Assembly (NCBI GenBank): GCA_028534125.1
Contig: CM052817.1
Location: 41,914,001 to 41,978,000, forward strand
Source of the DNA: Lama glama
Taxonomy: Eukaryota
DNA: 64,000 nt
Reading direction: 5' to 3'
In this document: positions 39,801 through 52,790 of the stretch, in pieces
How positions within the stretch are numbered: the first letter of the stretch is position 1
Layout of the letters: the number at the start of each line of letters is the position of its first letter
Notes under the pieces: model-generated
Databases searched by the model: none
Seen by the model: only the letters and a program-made list of their open reading frames with translations
What the model was told of the DNA's origin: nothing
Made by a program: the position numbers and the translations under genes

Positions 39801-40690
39801 GGCACAAAAACAAACACACAGATCAATGGAACAGGACAGAAAGCCCAGAAATAAACCCACGCACTTGAGGTCAATTATCTATAATAAAGCAGACAATAAT
39901 ATATACAATGCAAAAAAGACAGTCTCTTCTTCAATAAGTGATGCTGGAAAAACTGGACAGCTTCATGTAAAAGAATGAAACTAGAACATTTCCTAATACC
40001 ATACACAAAAATAAACTCAAAACGGCTTAAAGATCTATATGCAGGACATGATACTCTAAAACTCTCAGAACAAAACACAGGCAGAACACTTTTTGACATA
40101 AATTCTAGCAATATTTTTTTGGATCTATCTCTTAGAGTAATGGAAATAAAAGCAAAAATAAACAAACTGGACTTAAACTTAAAAGTCAAAGAAAATCATA
40201 AACAAAATGAAAAGACACCCTACAGAATAGGAGAAAATATTTGCAAACAATGTGACCAACAAAGGATTAATTTCCAAAATCTACAAACAGCTCATATAGC
40301 TTAATATCAGAAAAACAAGCAATTCAATCAAAAAATGGGCAGAAGACCTAAATAGAAGACGTACAGATGGCCGATAGGCACATGAAAAGATGCTCAATAT
40401 CACAAATCATTAGAGAAATGCAAATCAAAACTACAATGAGATATCACCTCACGCCATTCAGAATGGCCATCACTAAAAAGTCTACAAATAATAAATGCTG
40501 GAGAAAGTATGGAGAAAAAAGAACTCTCCTGCACTGTTGGTGGGAATGCAGTTTGGTGCAGCTACTATGGAGAACAGTATGGCAGTTCCTTTAAAAACTG
40601 AAAATAGAGTTACCCTCTGATCCAGCAATCCCACTCCTAGGTATATATCCCAAGGAAACCATGATTTGAAAAGATACACACATCCCATTG
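36852..40690 (+). pseudogene. L1 ORF2 (endonuclease/reverse transcriptase) remnant with many stops and frameshifts
   Basis: Broken into more than 10 short ORFs in the track; FADD motif reads FVDD; end approximate. Confidence 0.9.
37711..37810. other. Assembly gap (100 N) flanked by a 191-bp overlap duplication
   Basis: 37520-37710 is repeated at 37811-38001 with 3 substitutions. Confidence 0.95.
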
Positions 40691-42067
40691 TTGACAGAAG
40701 CTCGGTTTACAATAGCCAAGCAACCTAAATGTCCATGGACAGATGAATGGATAAAGAAGATGTGGCAGATATATACAGGGGTATATTACTCAGCTATAAA
40801 AAAGAGTGAAATAATGCCATTTGCAGCGACATGGATGGACCTAAAGATTATCATATTAAGTGAAATAAGTCAGAGAAAGACAAGTATCATATGATATCAT
40901 TTAAATGTGGAATCTAAAAAAAAAAAAGACACAAATGAACTTATTTACAAACCAGAAATAGACTTAAAGAAACAGAAAACAAACTTATGATTACCAAAGG
41001 GGAAAGGAGAGGAAAGGGATAAATTAGGTGTTTGAGATTAACATCTACTCACTACTATAGTAAGAAGTAGATAAACAGCACAGACCTACTGTGTAGCATA
41101 GGGAACTCTATTCAGTGTCTTATAATCACCTATAATGAAAAAGAATCTGAAAAAGTATTCATATATACAAATAGATAGATAGATACATGTGTAACTGAAT
41201 CACTTTGCTGTACATCTGAAACTAACACAACATTGTAAATCAACTATACCTCAATAAAAAAGATGATAAAAATAAATGTACAAAATAATAAAAATACATA
41301 AATAATAAATATAAAAATCAAGAATTTTTCAACACAATTTCTAATTATTGTACAGAAAATAAAACTGTTCTAAATGAAATTTTCTTAAAATTATTTTATA
41401 TTTTCAAATAAAATATAAAAATTGGATATCCTCTTTTTAACTTGCTCTCAGTGCGAAGGTTACTCTAAGGGCAAATGAAATAATTAGTATTTATTCATGA
41501 AATTTTTATATTATATTGAATTTGTATATTTATATTATAACAAATCTTATACTTAAGATTTTAGTAAAAAGTAATGTACATTTAGCATGACATTGTGACA
41601 TGTAACTATTTGCTTAAAACTGGAATGTTTTTCAAGTAATTTAAATCAATGACAAATAAATGAACTATTTCTTCATAACCATCAAAGTTATTTGTGCTTT
41701 TATATGAAGAACAAAATAATTCATTTGTAGTTTTGAGAAACTGAGAAAAGCAGAACTTAAAGCAGTCCTTTGATTGAAGTAAAGCATTCCTCTCATTTTT
41801 CCACAAATTTTTCTCTTTTCTATTCTTTCATTCCTGGAAGCAGTATTTAGCTATCACCATGGATCAATTTTAGCAATACATTGCTACAGACTATTGAGAT
41901 ACATTATTTAGAAGGCTGTCCACAAGTTAATGACTTGTCTACATACATATACAAAATGTTTATTTTAATCACTCAGGTATATGACACATCCAGATTGTTT
42001 CCACAAAATAGTATCTCAGGTGAAATCACACATCTTTAGCTTTTTACACTTTTTTTTCCCTCTGCAG

Positions 42068-42114
42068 TTCTGCGTATTTGGGAACTAACAGATGAACGGG
42101 AAAAATTAAGCACA
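42068..42114 (+). other. Candidate 47-nt exon of an unidentified transcript
   Basis: Acceptor 'tttttacacttttttttccctctgcag', donor ACA|gtaagt; one open frame LRIWELTDEREKLST; not in a recognisable repeat. Confidence 0.3.
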
Positions 42115-43029
42115 GTAAGTGCAGGAAAACAACTGCTCAATGCCTGCCATGCCTCACTAAGAACAGATTTTTTTTTTTAATTCCTTGGTGAAAGCGAAAT
42201 TTTTGCCCACTTTGAGAGCAAAGTCATTTAGTGCTCTATCAAGCATATAATGTGAGTAAAAAAGCTGAGAAATATTTTTTATTAAAAAGCACTTATTACA
42301 AATCATAAACATTGGTGAAAATATTCTGGGAAAGATGGCAAGCTAGGCACATTTAGTCCCCTCCATCCAACTCTAGATTCCCATTAACATGAACAAAAGT
42401 ATATAAAAAAATAACGTGTGCACTGTATAAGAACAGGGAACTTTCTGCCAAAAACTATTAAGACTTTCTTTTACAGCACAGATGAAATAAACAAAAGAAA
42501 AAACTAAGTGCTCATTACCAATATTTTATCATCATAAAATATTTTCCATTTTTATTTGCTTTTAGATTTTCCTATCTGTAAGTGAGATTAGATGTTCCTT
42601 CCTTTATTCAACAAATATTTATTATGTTTTCATGAATGAGCTACCGTTATAGGCCTTGATATTCAGAGAATGTTCCTATCCACTAAAGGAGGGTTACCCA
42701 GAGGCCTGATGGGAGGCAGCAGCTGGGACTCTCACTACAGGATCAAGCCACCCCCAAAACAGAACTTTTGCAGCCACATATCAATGGCATTCAAGGCTGC
42801 TGAGCTGCCAGCAGCAAAATTCAAATTGTAAGGTTAATGGGCACTGATGCAGTGGCTTCTCCAAGCCTATTAAGAACAATGAAGAAGGAGGAGTAGGAAG
42901 GGAGGGGAGGTGGAAAGTGGGAAGGAAGAGGAAGACAGGCAGGATGGGAGGGAGGGGAAATGGTGAGGCAAGAAGGAGAGAGGGAAACCCTGCAGAGATG
43001 TAGTTCCTCTGCTTCTGCAGCTCCACATT

Positions 43030-43985
43030 CCACTGAGGACTTACCACGTGCCAGATACCATTCCACCTACAGAACAAAACAGATGAAAATTCCTGCCTGC
43101 AGAGCTCACACTCTAGTGGGAGAGGAGCTATCAATCAGTACAAAGGAAATAAAATATACAGCATGTTAGACAGGGATAAACACAGAACAGAAAAACTTAG
43201 CAATCAACATAAATAAGGAAGAGACAACAGCTATAGGGGAAAAGGGGTGTATAATTTTTAAACAGATTGGTCAGGGAAAGTCTCACTGAGACGAGTTCAA
43301 GAACAAACCCGTGAAGGATGGGAGGGAGTGTGCCATGAGCAAATCTGAGAGACGAGATTCCCAGCAAAAGGCCTTAAAGCTGAACCATATCTGATATACA
43401 AGAGGAACTGCAAGAAGGCTAGAATGGCTACAGATAGAGAAACGAGGGGTAATGAGGTCAAAAAGACAATGGATTAGAGATGTGTTAGAAGAGACATAGA
43501 GAATTGAATGATAACTCTGAGATTTTTGGCTGGGGTAACCATTTACTAAAATGGAAAAGCCTGCATGACAAGCTAATTTGAAAGGGACAATCAGGAAGTT
43601 TATGTGTATCAGATATTCAAGAAGATATATGGAGAAAGCAATTCCATAAGGAATCTGGAGATCAGTGGAGAAGTCTAAGTTGGAGGCTAATTAGTAGGCA
43701 GTTGTCAGAGCAGAGTGTATTTAAAGCTATGAAAATAAATACAATCATCAAGGATGCAAAGAAGACAAGCAGGAGAAGTTCAAGGACAGCCCTGGAGCAC
43801 TTCAATATTAAAAACTTGAGAAGATAAGGAAGAACCAGTAAAAGAAATAAATGAACAGTCAGAAAAGAAAACCTAGGAAAATCCAAAAGCCAAGTGAAGA
43901 AAGTGTTGCAAAATAGAGAAAAAGATCCGCCGTTGTGAATACTGCTGTACGTCAAAGAAGATGAGAACTGAAACTGGCCATTGAA
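43030..43985 (-). mobile_element. L2a fragment
   Basis: 'ctgaggacttaccacgtgccagatacc...cctgcctgcagagctcacactctagtggg...gtcagggaaagtctcactgag...aagatgagaactgaaactggccattgaattt'. Confidence 0.8.
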
Positions 43986-44306
43986 TTTGTTTGTTTTGCT
44001 TACTGTCTTCTTAAGCTAGAGAAGACAATATTCCTGCAAAATATCACATAGCAGGAATTGTTTTCTATCTTAGTCATGAATAAATTATGAGGGACTAGAA
44101 CAATGCCTGGTACATAATTCATGTTCAATAAATACATATTAATAAATGAATCTCAGCTTTTAATATAAATATAAAAATATAAAATAAAATAAAAATGTTT
44201 TATGATGGTGAAATGTTCTTAAACATTGTTAGATTAGAAAAATAGAACTTTGCTATAAGTTTCAGGTTCTAGATGGCGCCAATTTATATACAAAATTCAG
44301 AGAGTT

Positions 44307-44881
44307 TGAAGGATTAATAAAATGGCTGCACTTAGGCTAACAGATTGCTTATTCTTATGCTTGCACTTACAACGGTCAACTGACCTGACTGACCTGGTTG
44401 CTACTCACAGTTCCAGGCCCATTGTTAAAACTAAAGCTACTGATCTTACTATTTCTATTCCAATAATTGAAAGTAATAATCAAGCTTGGTCTGGGAGTCC
44501 TTCTCTAAGGAGAAGATCACAGGACTGTAACATTACAAAATAGCCGGAATTACCAAGACCACAACTTGAGTGCTTACAAGATAAAGAGATCTAACTGCTG
44601 GCCTCAATAGAATTGGTCGCCTGGAGGCATCATGTCAACATTCTAAGGCTTCTGATGAGAAAATGATTCTGTTGCTAATTATCAATGCTTTATTGTTTGA
44701 ACTATGGCTATATAACCACCCCACCCCATTCCCAATGTGGGTTCACAGTTGTGAAGGCACTAGCCTGCTGTGAGTCCCCTTTGTCCTGCAAAGCAATAAA
44801 ATTGCCTCTTTTCTTCTAAGCTCCAAGACCATGTCTGGGTTATTTGGCTCATCAGGGATGGGGGCCGATCTTTGGGCAACA
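44307..44881 (+). mobile_element. ERV1 solo LTR
   Basis: TGAAGGATTAAT...GGGCAACA ends, TATATAA near 44709, AATAAA near 44795, 4-bp TSD agtt/agct. Confidence 0.85.
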
Positions 44882-45150
44882 AGCTAGCAGTATATAGAAT
44901 AGAAAACTTGGAAATAAAACAAAAATTTTCATCCTTAATTTTTTGCTTTAACATCCAGATTACCTATTTTACCTAATCTTTGTATATTTACAAACATGGC
45001 CATTTTATATAATGTTTTGCAATGACATATTATAAATTACAACTCTTAATCCTAACTCAACTTCTTTCAAAAAGCAGTATTTAATTCTATTGAAAGACAC
45101 TAAAGAACTCTACCAGAATCACATTAGTACCCAACATTTCATAGACTGCT

Positions 45151-45708
45151 TGACAGTGAGCAGGACCCTGTGGGGCCCCATCGGGTACAAAAACCTTTTT
45201 GTGTCCCCACTTTCTTTTTGTAGGAAAAAGGCTTCAGCTTCCTAAACCTTCCCTGAGTTCCAAAGGGCAGATTCAAACAGTTACTATTCAGGAGAGTAAA
45301 GGAATGTAGAAACAAAGGAAAAGCTGTTCAATCAATAGTGCATCAATAAAGTGCAATGTCCTCCTCAAGGGATCTACATAACAATATACCTTTGAGTTCT
45401 TCTGTAGGAAGTAAGGCCCCCACGAGGTGGAAGATGATAACTTCAGGCTGAGTGCAAGATTCCTGGAACACCTCCCTGTTACTTCACCACTAACCAATTA
45501 GAAGAAAGTCATACATCCTGCAGCCCTCACCCCAAATTCTGCCATTAAAAACTCCTGAAAATCACCAAGGAGTTTGGCTTTTTTGAGTACAAGCTGCCCA
45601 GTCTCCTTGCTTGGCCCTCACAATAAAGCTTTCTCTACTCCAAAATTTGATATCTCGCTTTGTTTGGCCTCACTGTGTGTCAGGCACACAAACTTGGATT
45701 CAGCAACA
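45151..45708 (+). mobile_element. ERV1 solo LTR, MER41-like artiodactyl family
   Basis: TG...CA ends, perfect TSD tgct/tgct, AATAAA near 45622; homologous to the 52791, 57630 and 58632 copies. Confidence 0.9.
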
Positions 45709-47526
45709 TGCTCACACTTAATCTTAAAATCAAATTTTAGGCTCGTGCTATAATAGCCAATCTGAGTCTATAGTCTCTGAATTTGGTATAATACTTCCAT
45801 AAGGCAGAGTTTATAGTTCAAAATGACATAAAACTTCAGCACAGTAGCCACCAAAATAAATTAACAAGTAAAGAATATTGATGACATAATAAGAGTGCAA
45901 CAGTAACATGTCATCAAATGAAGTTAAAGCAGAAACATTTCTAGGACGTTCCTACTCAGATTTTATACTGAGATATACAGATTAGATACTTGTATAACTA
46001 TAGCTTACCAACAATTGTCTAAGATATTTCATACTCTCAAAGATACAAATTCAACATATATCTTCTCATTAGTTTTTAGGCAAAAGAATACTTGGGTCTT
46101 TCAATTAAATGTGCCCTATTGTTTGAACAAGGCTAATGGAGAGTCTTCTTATTCAGATAAATAATTCTAGAGCAATTAGTCCCAGCTGATGACTGACTTT
46201 ATAACGTTAGTTGAATATTGGGTGGGATGCATGGAAACCTACTAGAATTTTCCTAGGCAATTTGCCAGAGAGAATTCTTGTCAAGAAAAACAGTGCTGTG
46301 ATTTCAACTTTGAACTCTGAACTGTACATTGTGTGAACATGTCAAATACCCATCCCACAAATAACCTCATGCTCTTTCTGAAAATCTTGCCAAATGCAAT
46401 GAATCTGATTTAGTGGAAAAAAACATTTAAGGCCAAGAAAAATACACACATTGTGTATAGAGTGTCAATAATTTTGGAAATATTAGTTTACCTCTTTTCA
46501 TGATTTCACTTTAAAAGAATGCAGTGTTGTTTCTACTGAAATATTTTTACCATAATTAGTTCATTTTTCTCCCAAGGAAACATTTTCTACATAAGTTACT
46601 ACATTTGTATATTATTTTCTTTGGGTAATTAATTCAGCTTTTTAAAAAATGACACTACTAAGGTCAAAGTTTCAGATTTTGCACCCCCAGCCATTCCTTA
46701 TTCCCATGCAGGTCACTTAAATTATTAACATTACACCCTGGGACCTAAATCCTGCCCATGTCACTTAATAGAATACAGATAAAAAACGGTCACTGCCTGT
46801 TTTCAATGTAGAATAGATTTTAGACTTTTCCTAACAAGATGTTGGATGGATAGGAATAGTAGAAGAATTAAAGTAGAAATTTTGTAGAATTAAGAATCAA
46901 ACTAGAAATAAAAAGACAGTCATTTACGGTAAGCACTGTAATTCAGAATCAAGGAACGGTATCCGAGTAGGGATCTGAAATAATGAAACATGAGTAAGTT
47001 GGGCAGCTCAACAAACTCTGCTAAAAAAGCAATCCCCTTCAGTTTCTGAGGGTTCTTTTTGGGGGTGCAGCTTTTGCAATGGCTTGCTGTCGAGCATATT
47101 AAACGTGCTAATTATTCTGAGAAATGTAAAGTTCAAATAAAGAGCTATCCCTTAAGATCAACTGATGATTCTTCTTTCTATTTCATAGTATTTAATATAT
47201 GATAAACAGTAGCTATTTAATAACCATTTGTGAATAAATGCAAGTAGACCAAAAAAACACATCAAGAAGCTGAGGCAATTAATGAAAAATAATGTTTGAA
47301 TCGGCTACTTAAAATTTTTAAAAAAGAGTATGACTTCCCTTGCTCTTTTATACAAATTCTAAGCTTCATGCCTAGTTGAAATAAAAACAAAATGCCCTAA
47401 ATACCTTCACCAATATATTATAATGTATCTCTCCATCTTGTTTAGAAACCTAAGTTGTTGTCTAATGCAGTACCTTGATTTGGAAAAGGAAAAACTACAG
47501 TAATGGTGGCAACTACCTCCTAGAGA

Positions 47527-47697
47527 AAAGTAGGTCTTAATCCTATTAGGGTCACATAACTCTTTAAAGATCCAATTTTAAAACAATAAGCCCTTCCTAC
47601 AGAACTGTGCACATCTTACACAAAAGGCCATATCCAATTTTGGGACTTTTCATGCCAATCACTGAAAAAGCCCACAGGAAGCCAGTTAAGGAAACTT
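47527..47697. mobile_element. MER117-like hAT-Charlie element
   Basis: 'gggtcacataactctttaaagatcc...cccttcctacagaactgtgcaca...ccagttaagga' flanked by ctagag/atagag. Confidence 0.55.
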
Positions 47698-48199
47698 CCT
47701 ATAGAGGAGATAAAGAATAAATTTACAGATTTATTATTACTTTTAAAAGTAAAATAAATTACTTTTAATTTCTATTTCCCAAGCCAAAATTGGTTTTAAT
47801 AGGTATAAATAGACTAAAACTTATTAATTGGTGATATGCAAAGTAAAATAAAATAATATATACTTAAGAGGAATTATATAGTTAAATAAGCTTGCATTTA
47901 ATTATTCCAAATTTCTTACACTTTGTAACCCAAACAAAATGAGAAAAAAACTTAATGGAAATAAAATGACAAGTACTAAATTACTGCCATACTGCCCTGC
48001 TCCCCTACTGAACTTGACCCTATTCCCAACCCCTAGTCCTACTGTGGATGGTGACTATTTTAAAGTTCCTGAGCTCAGCTGAGTGGCATTGATATTACCT
48101 GTCTAAAGCATCTCTGATTCAAGTGGGGCAATTGAGTGGAAGTTAGTCTAGAATGAAGCAAGAAAGAGGTAAATGAACTATTAGGCTCATTTGATGATA

Positions 48200-50510
48200 A
48201 TGATGGTTAAAACAAAAATTATAACACTGATTAAATATAGGTAGAGAAGATATTTAAAACACTTATGTTATAAACAAAGGGGAATAAAACAATTAAAAGG
48301 TAGGTAAGTCTTCCATATTTCACTCAAACTAGAAAAATGACAACACCAGCAGATTGTGATAAATTATGTATATATAATTAATATCTAAAGCAACCACTAA
48401 AAAAGCTATGCAAAAAGACACACTCAAAAACAATATAAGTAAATCAAAATCAAATTCTAAAAAGGTTCAAGAAATGCACATGAAGACAGGAAAAAGGAAA
48501 CAAGAAATAAAAACAAAAAGAAAACAAAAAATAAAATGGCAGACTTAAACCCTAACATATAAATACATAAATTATATGTAAATGGTCTAATATATTAATT
48601 AGGACAAAGATTGGAAGCGTGAATTAAACATCATGGACTAACTGTATGCTGTCTAAAGAAACTCACTTCAAATTTAACAATATAGGTCAGCTGCAAATAA
48701 AAGGAAAAAAAGATATATTGTGGAAACATTAATCAAAAAAATTGGCATGATTATATTGATATCACATAAAATAGACTTTAAAACAAAGAAACAGAGAGAT
48801 ATTTTCTAGTGATAAAGGGTAAATTAACTGAGAAGAGCCAACACACTTCTAAATAATGAATGAATAAAAATAAAAGGTTCAAGAGAAATTAAAAAATACA
48901 CTGAACTGAATGAAAATGAAAATATTTCATCAACTTGTGGGAAACTGCTAACTTAGTGTTGAGGGAAAAAAATTATAGTCTGACCTAAATGCAGCAGAAA
49001 AGAGGAAAATTCTCAAATCAATAATTTAAGCTCCCACCTCAACAACCTAGAAAAAGAAGAGATAACCCTGAGCAAGCAGAGAGATGAAGAAGAGCAGAAA
49101 TCAGTGAAATTGGAACAACACAGAGAAACCAGAATGGGCTCACACAAAGATACCTAACTGATTTTTTATGGAAGTGCAAAAGCAATTCAATGTAAAACCC
49201 AATGAATCAATCAATCAATCACCTTTTCAATAAACAATGCTGGACAATTAAACATCCATAAATCAAAAATAAAACTCGACCTAAGTCTCACTCTTTATAC
49301 AAAAATTAGCTCAAAATGGATCACAGATTAAAACATAAAATAAAAACTATAAAACTTTCATGGGAACAAAAAACAGAAGAAAATCTTGAAGATCTAGGAT
49401 TAGGCAAAATGTTCTTAGATGATATCAAAGGGAAAACTGATAAATTGGAACTTATCAAAATTTAAAACTTTTGTTCTGCGAAAGACCATGTGATAGATGT
49501 GAAAAAACAAGATACAGTCCAGAAGAAAACATTCACAAGCCTCACCTCTGCCAAAGGACTAATTTCTAAAACATATAAAGAACTATCAAAACTCAACAGT
49601 TTAAAAAAAAATCCAATTTGAAAAGTAGGCAAAGACATGAAGAGACATGTCAATGAGAAAGATATGCAGATAGCAAATAAGCACATGAAAAGATGTCCAG
49701 CATCATTAGCCAGTAGAAATGCCTTAAGACCACAATGAGACATCATTATACACCTGCAAGAAATGGCTAAAATAGAAACTAGTAACACCACCACATGCTG
49801 GCAAGGATGCAGAGACTGGACCACTCATATTTTGCTGTTGGGAATGTAAAATAATACAGTCACTTTAAAATGTTTGGCACATTCTTAAAAAACTGAAATG
49901 TGACTACCATGTTACCCAGCAATTGCACTCCTCCTGGGCATTTACCCCAGAGAAATAAAAAATTACATTTACCAATAAAACTGTACAGCCATGTTTATAA
50001 CAGCCTTATTCATAACAGCCAAAACAACCCAGATATCCTTCAATGCGTGAATGATTAAACAAACTGTGGTACATCCACACCATGGATAACTACCAAGCAA
50101 TAAAAAGGAATGAACTTTTGATCCACACAATGACCTCAATGAAGCTCCAGAGAATTATGCTAAGTGAAAAAAAGCCAATCCCAAAAATTACATATTATAT
50201 TATTTCATTTATATAACATTCTTTAAATGACAAAATTATAGAAATAAACACACTAGTGGTTGTCAAGGGTTACAAGGAAGGAGTAGTGTTGGGTGGGAGT
50301 GGCTATGGCTATAAATGGGCATCAGGTGGGATCCCTGTAGGGCTGGAAATGTTCTGTATCTTGACTGCATCAATGACAATATCATGGCTTTGGTGTATTA
50401 TAGTCTTGTAAAACGTTACCATTGAGGGAGAATAGCTAAAGGATACATGAGATCTCTATTATTTCTTACAAATGAACCAACGAATATGTCAAAATAAAAA
50501 TTTTAATTCA
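48200..50510 (+). mobile_element. L1MD-like LINE with internal deletions
   Basis: Inter-ORF and endonuclease start, jumps at ~48830 and ~49120, ORF2 C-terminus, L1MD-type 3'UTR 'ggaaatgttctgtatcttgactgcatcaatg...gttaccattgaggga'. Confidence 0.85.
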
Positions 50511-50889
50511 AGAACATTTATATAAAGAATAATAAATACATTATTGGTCTTTAGTATCAACAGAAAATTAAGAGATGCTTGTGGAAATTAATACATGAAC
50601 CTTAGTTTCTATATTCAGCTCCATCACCTGTCTTGGTTTTACCTGGGCTTTATCTCTAAATTTTGTCTCAACAGACTTTGCCAAAGATCCAGTCCAATTC
50701 TATGCTTCTAGCTGACTGTATTCTTCCAACAAGGCAGTGTCGTCCAGAAAGAAAGCAAAAAATTTATGAGGTTTTTAAATATTTGCTGCCCTTTAACTTC
50801 TGCAAGGGTACTATTCTGAATCTTTTTTTAAAATCCAGTGAATCATGAGTACAAACCTATCAGAATGGACACCAGACCATGAAAGGCCA

Positions 50890-51030
50890 GGTACATGTTT
50901 AATAAACAGCTCTGGCAGGAATGTAGGGGGCAGTTTGTAGAAATTGCCAACTTGTGAATGTTCCTACCATGTTCTATTTCAAGCTATCAATGAACCTGGA
51001 AGAGTTACACAGAATTGCCTCTTTTGATGC
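50890..51030 (-). mobile_element. Degraded MER63-like hAT fragment
   Basis: 'tttgtagaaattgccaacttg...cctaccatgttctatttcaagctatcaa'. Confidence 0.45.
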
Positions 51031-51126
51031 AATACCAAGAATTGAAAAACAAAGACTAAAATCCCTAAGATTTTGACCTTCAATCTTTAAAATTTGGTAT
51101 TTGTGAACTGAAATAAACTCATGTGG

Positions 51127-51465
51127 TGTTAAATTAATTAAACAAGGAACCCATCAGACTGAGGTGGTACTAATGCCTGGGTGGCCTATGTAAGCAAATC
51201 AAAATCTCAGCCTGCAAACACCTCAAAGTTATGAAATCAAAATGCTAAAGACAACCAATCACAAACAGCCAACTGGGCTTTAAACTATAGCCAATCAAAT
51301 AATTTCATTTATTTGCTTCTACATTCTCTCCATACAAGTCTTTCCCTTGGCTCATTTCCAAAGAGTGCTCCTAACCACCTCCGGTTTGGCACTGCCTAAT
51401 TCAAATAAGTTTTTGCTCAAATAAACTCTTAAAATTTTTAATATGCCTCAGCTTATCTTTCAACA
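51127..51465 (+). mobile_element. ERV1 solo LTR
   Basis: TGTTAAA...TTCAACA ends, perfect TSD gtgg/gtgg, two CCAAT boxes, AATAAA near 51420. Confidence 0.9.
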
Positions 51466-52434
51466 GTGGTCACTTAAAATTGGTCACAAATTTTCTCTAA
51501 GTATCTCCTGCTTAGTAGCCTCTAATGATTAAAGGCAGGTGAGTGCTGAAAGTGTCCTTTTCTACAAGTCACCACCAGAACATGTGAAAAACAAAGTTAG
51601 CTTCACAATGAATTCCACCACATGTATAAACATTTTTAGCAAGGAGGCACAAACCCAGTTCTCTAAGCTAGATGAAGTCCTCGCCTCTCCAATAAGAGCC
51701 TCATATTAAAGATCTGGAGACAAACACTGTGTTCTGTGGGCAGCATTAGCTAATCGTAGTGACTAGTTGAATCACACAAAGGCCCATCCTTTAAGCGATG
51801 GGGAAAAGGACTGATGGAAAGTCTACGTATCTGTATCAATCTAAAAAGATTAAGCTGATGGATGTTCCTAATTATTCTTCCCCAGCCATGCAATAGTGGT
51901 GGTGCTTGTACAATATCTACCCAACCCACAAATCTTGAAAGCCTCAACTTCATCAATGAAAAAGTATGTCTAAAAGCACTTATGCTAGTTAATAAACCCT
52001 CTCTTGCAGATTCAGATAAGCGTCTCTTTCAAATGCTAACTAACTTTCCTTAGCCTGAGGAGTCTTGATTAGGGCATTTCAAGTGTTAACAAATGTAGTT
52101 TAAAAATAATTTACACATATATATCACACTTTCCATGCATAAGTACTTAAAAGTAACTTACAATGTAACAAAAATTCCCTTTTAGATCTGTTGTAATATT
52201 TTACTTAGGAAAAATGTTATATTTTTTTAAAAGCCTGAATATATGTGGTATAAATGTGCCTTTTTTTTTTTGGCTTTAGGGAAAGCTCAGGAAAGACTGA
52301 GTTAGTTTCAAAGAGTTGCAAATAGCATGTTGGTTCATTTGATTCAAATGATACTCAACCAATTTAAACTAATTAGTGGACTTATAATTTCTTGGAGAAG
52401 ATTTATTTGACCATGTACTGAATAGTATACTACA

Positions 52435-52690
52435 AATAATAATAGCTAATATTTATTGAATGTTTACCTAGTGCCAAGCATTGTGCTACATACTTAGCAC
52501 AGTTTAACATCTCATTTAATCCATGCAGCAACCCTCTTAGTAGATATTATCATTGCCCCCATTTTATATATGAGGAAACTGAGGCTTAGAGCATTTAACA
52601 CCTTCCCCATGGATAGCCTGTTAAAATGTAGTGAATCAAGGCTCTAACTCAGATATTCTAATCCCAAGTATCTGTTCTTAACAACTACCC
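52435..52690 (-). mobile_element. MIR (MIRb-like), near full length
   Basis: 'aatagctaatatttattgaatgtttacctagtgccaagc...cccattttatatatgaggaaactgaggcttaga'. Confidence 0.9.
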
Positions 52691-52790
52691 AATGTTTCTG
52701 TGTTAATCAAGCACTCCAGGCCCTTCCCCTGTTAATTCTGATTCTGTAGGCCTGGAGGACCCAAGAAGCTACCTTAGCAAGACATCCTCC

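Larger units (their letters stand above)
36751..41270 (+). mobile_element. 5'-truncated L1 (artiodactyl-type): inter-ORF, decayed full-length ORF2 and 3'UTR
   Basis: ORF2 start ATG at 36852; endonuclease motifs (GDFN, FSRIDHMLG); RT region ([24 protein letters not shown]); C-terminal domain; tail 'cctcaataaaaa' near 41250. Confidence 0.95.

Noticed and set aside
36852..40690. Possible active reverse transcriptase system
   Set aside because: Ordinary L1 ORF2 with many stops and frameshifts, and no ORF1 or promoter; not functional
42880..42990. Polypurine tract with possible G4/H-DNA
   Set aside because: Low-complexity GA-rich sequence, common in mammals; no supporting context
44265..44280. 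CTCF-like motif (ctagatggcgcc)
   Set aside because: Only the 3' half of the consensus matches; cannot be supported without PWM scoring or ChIP data
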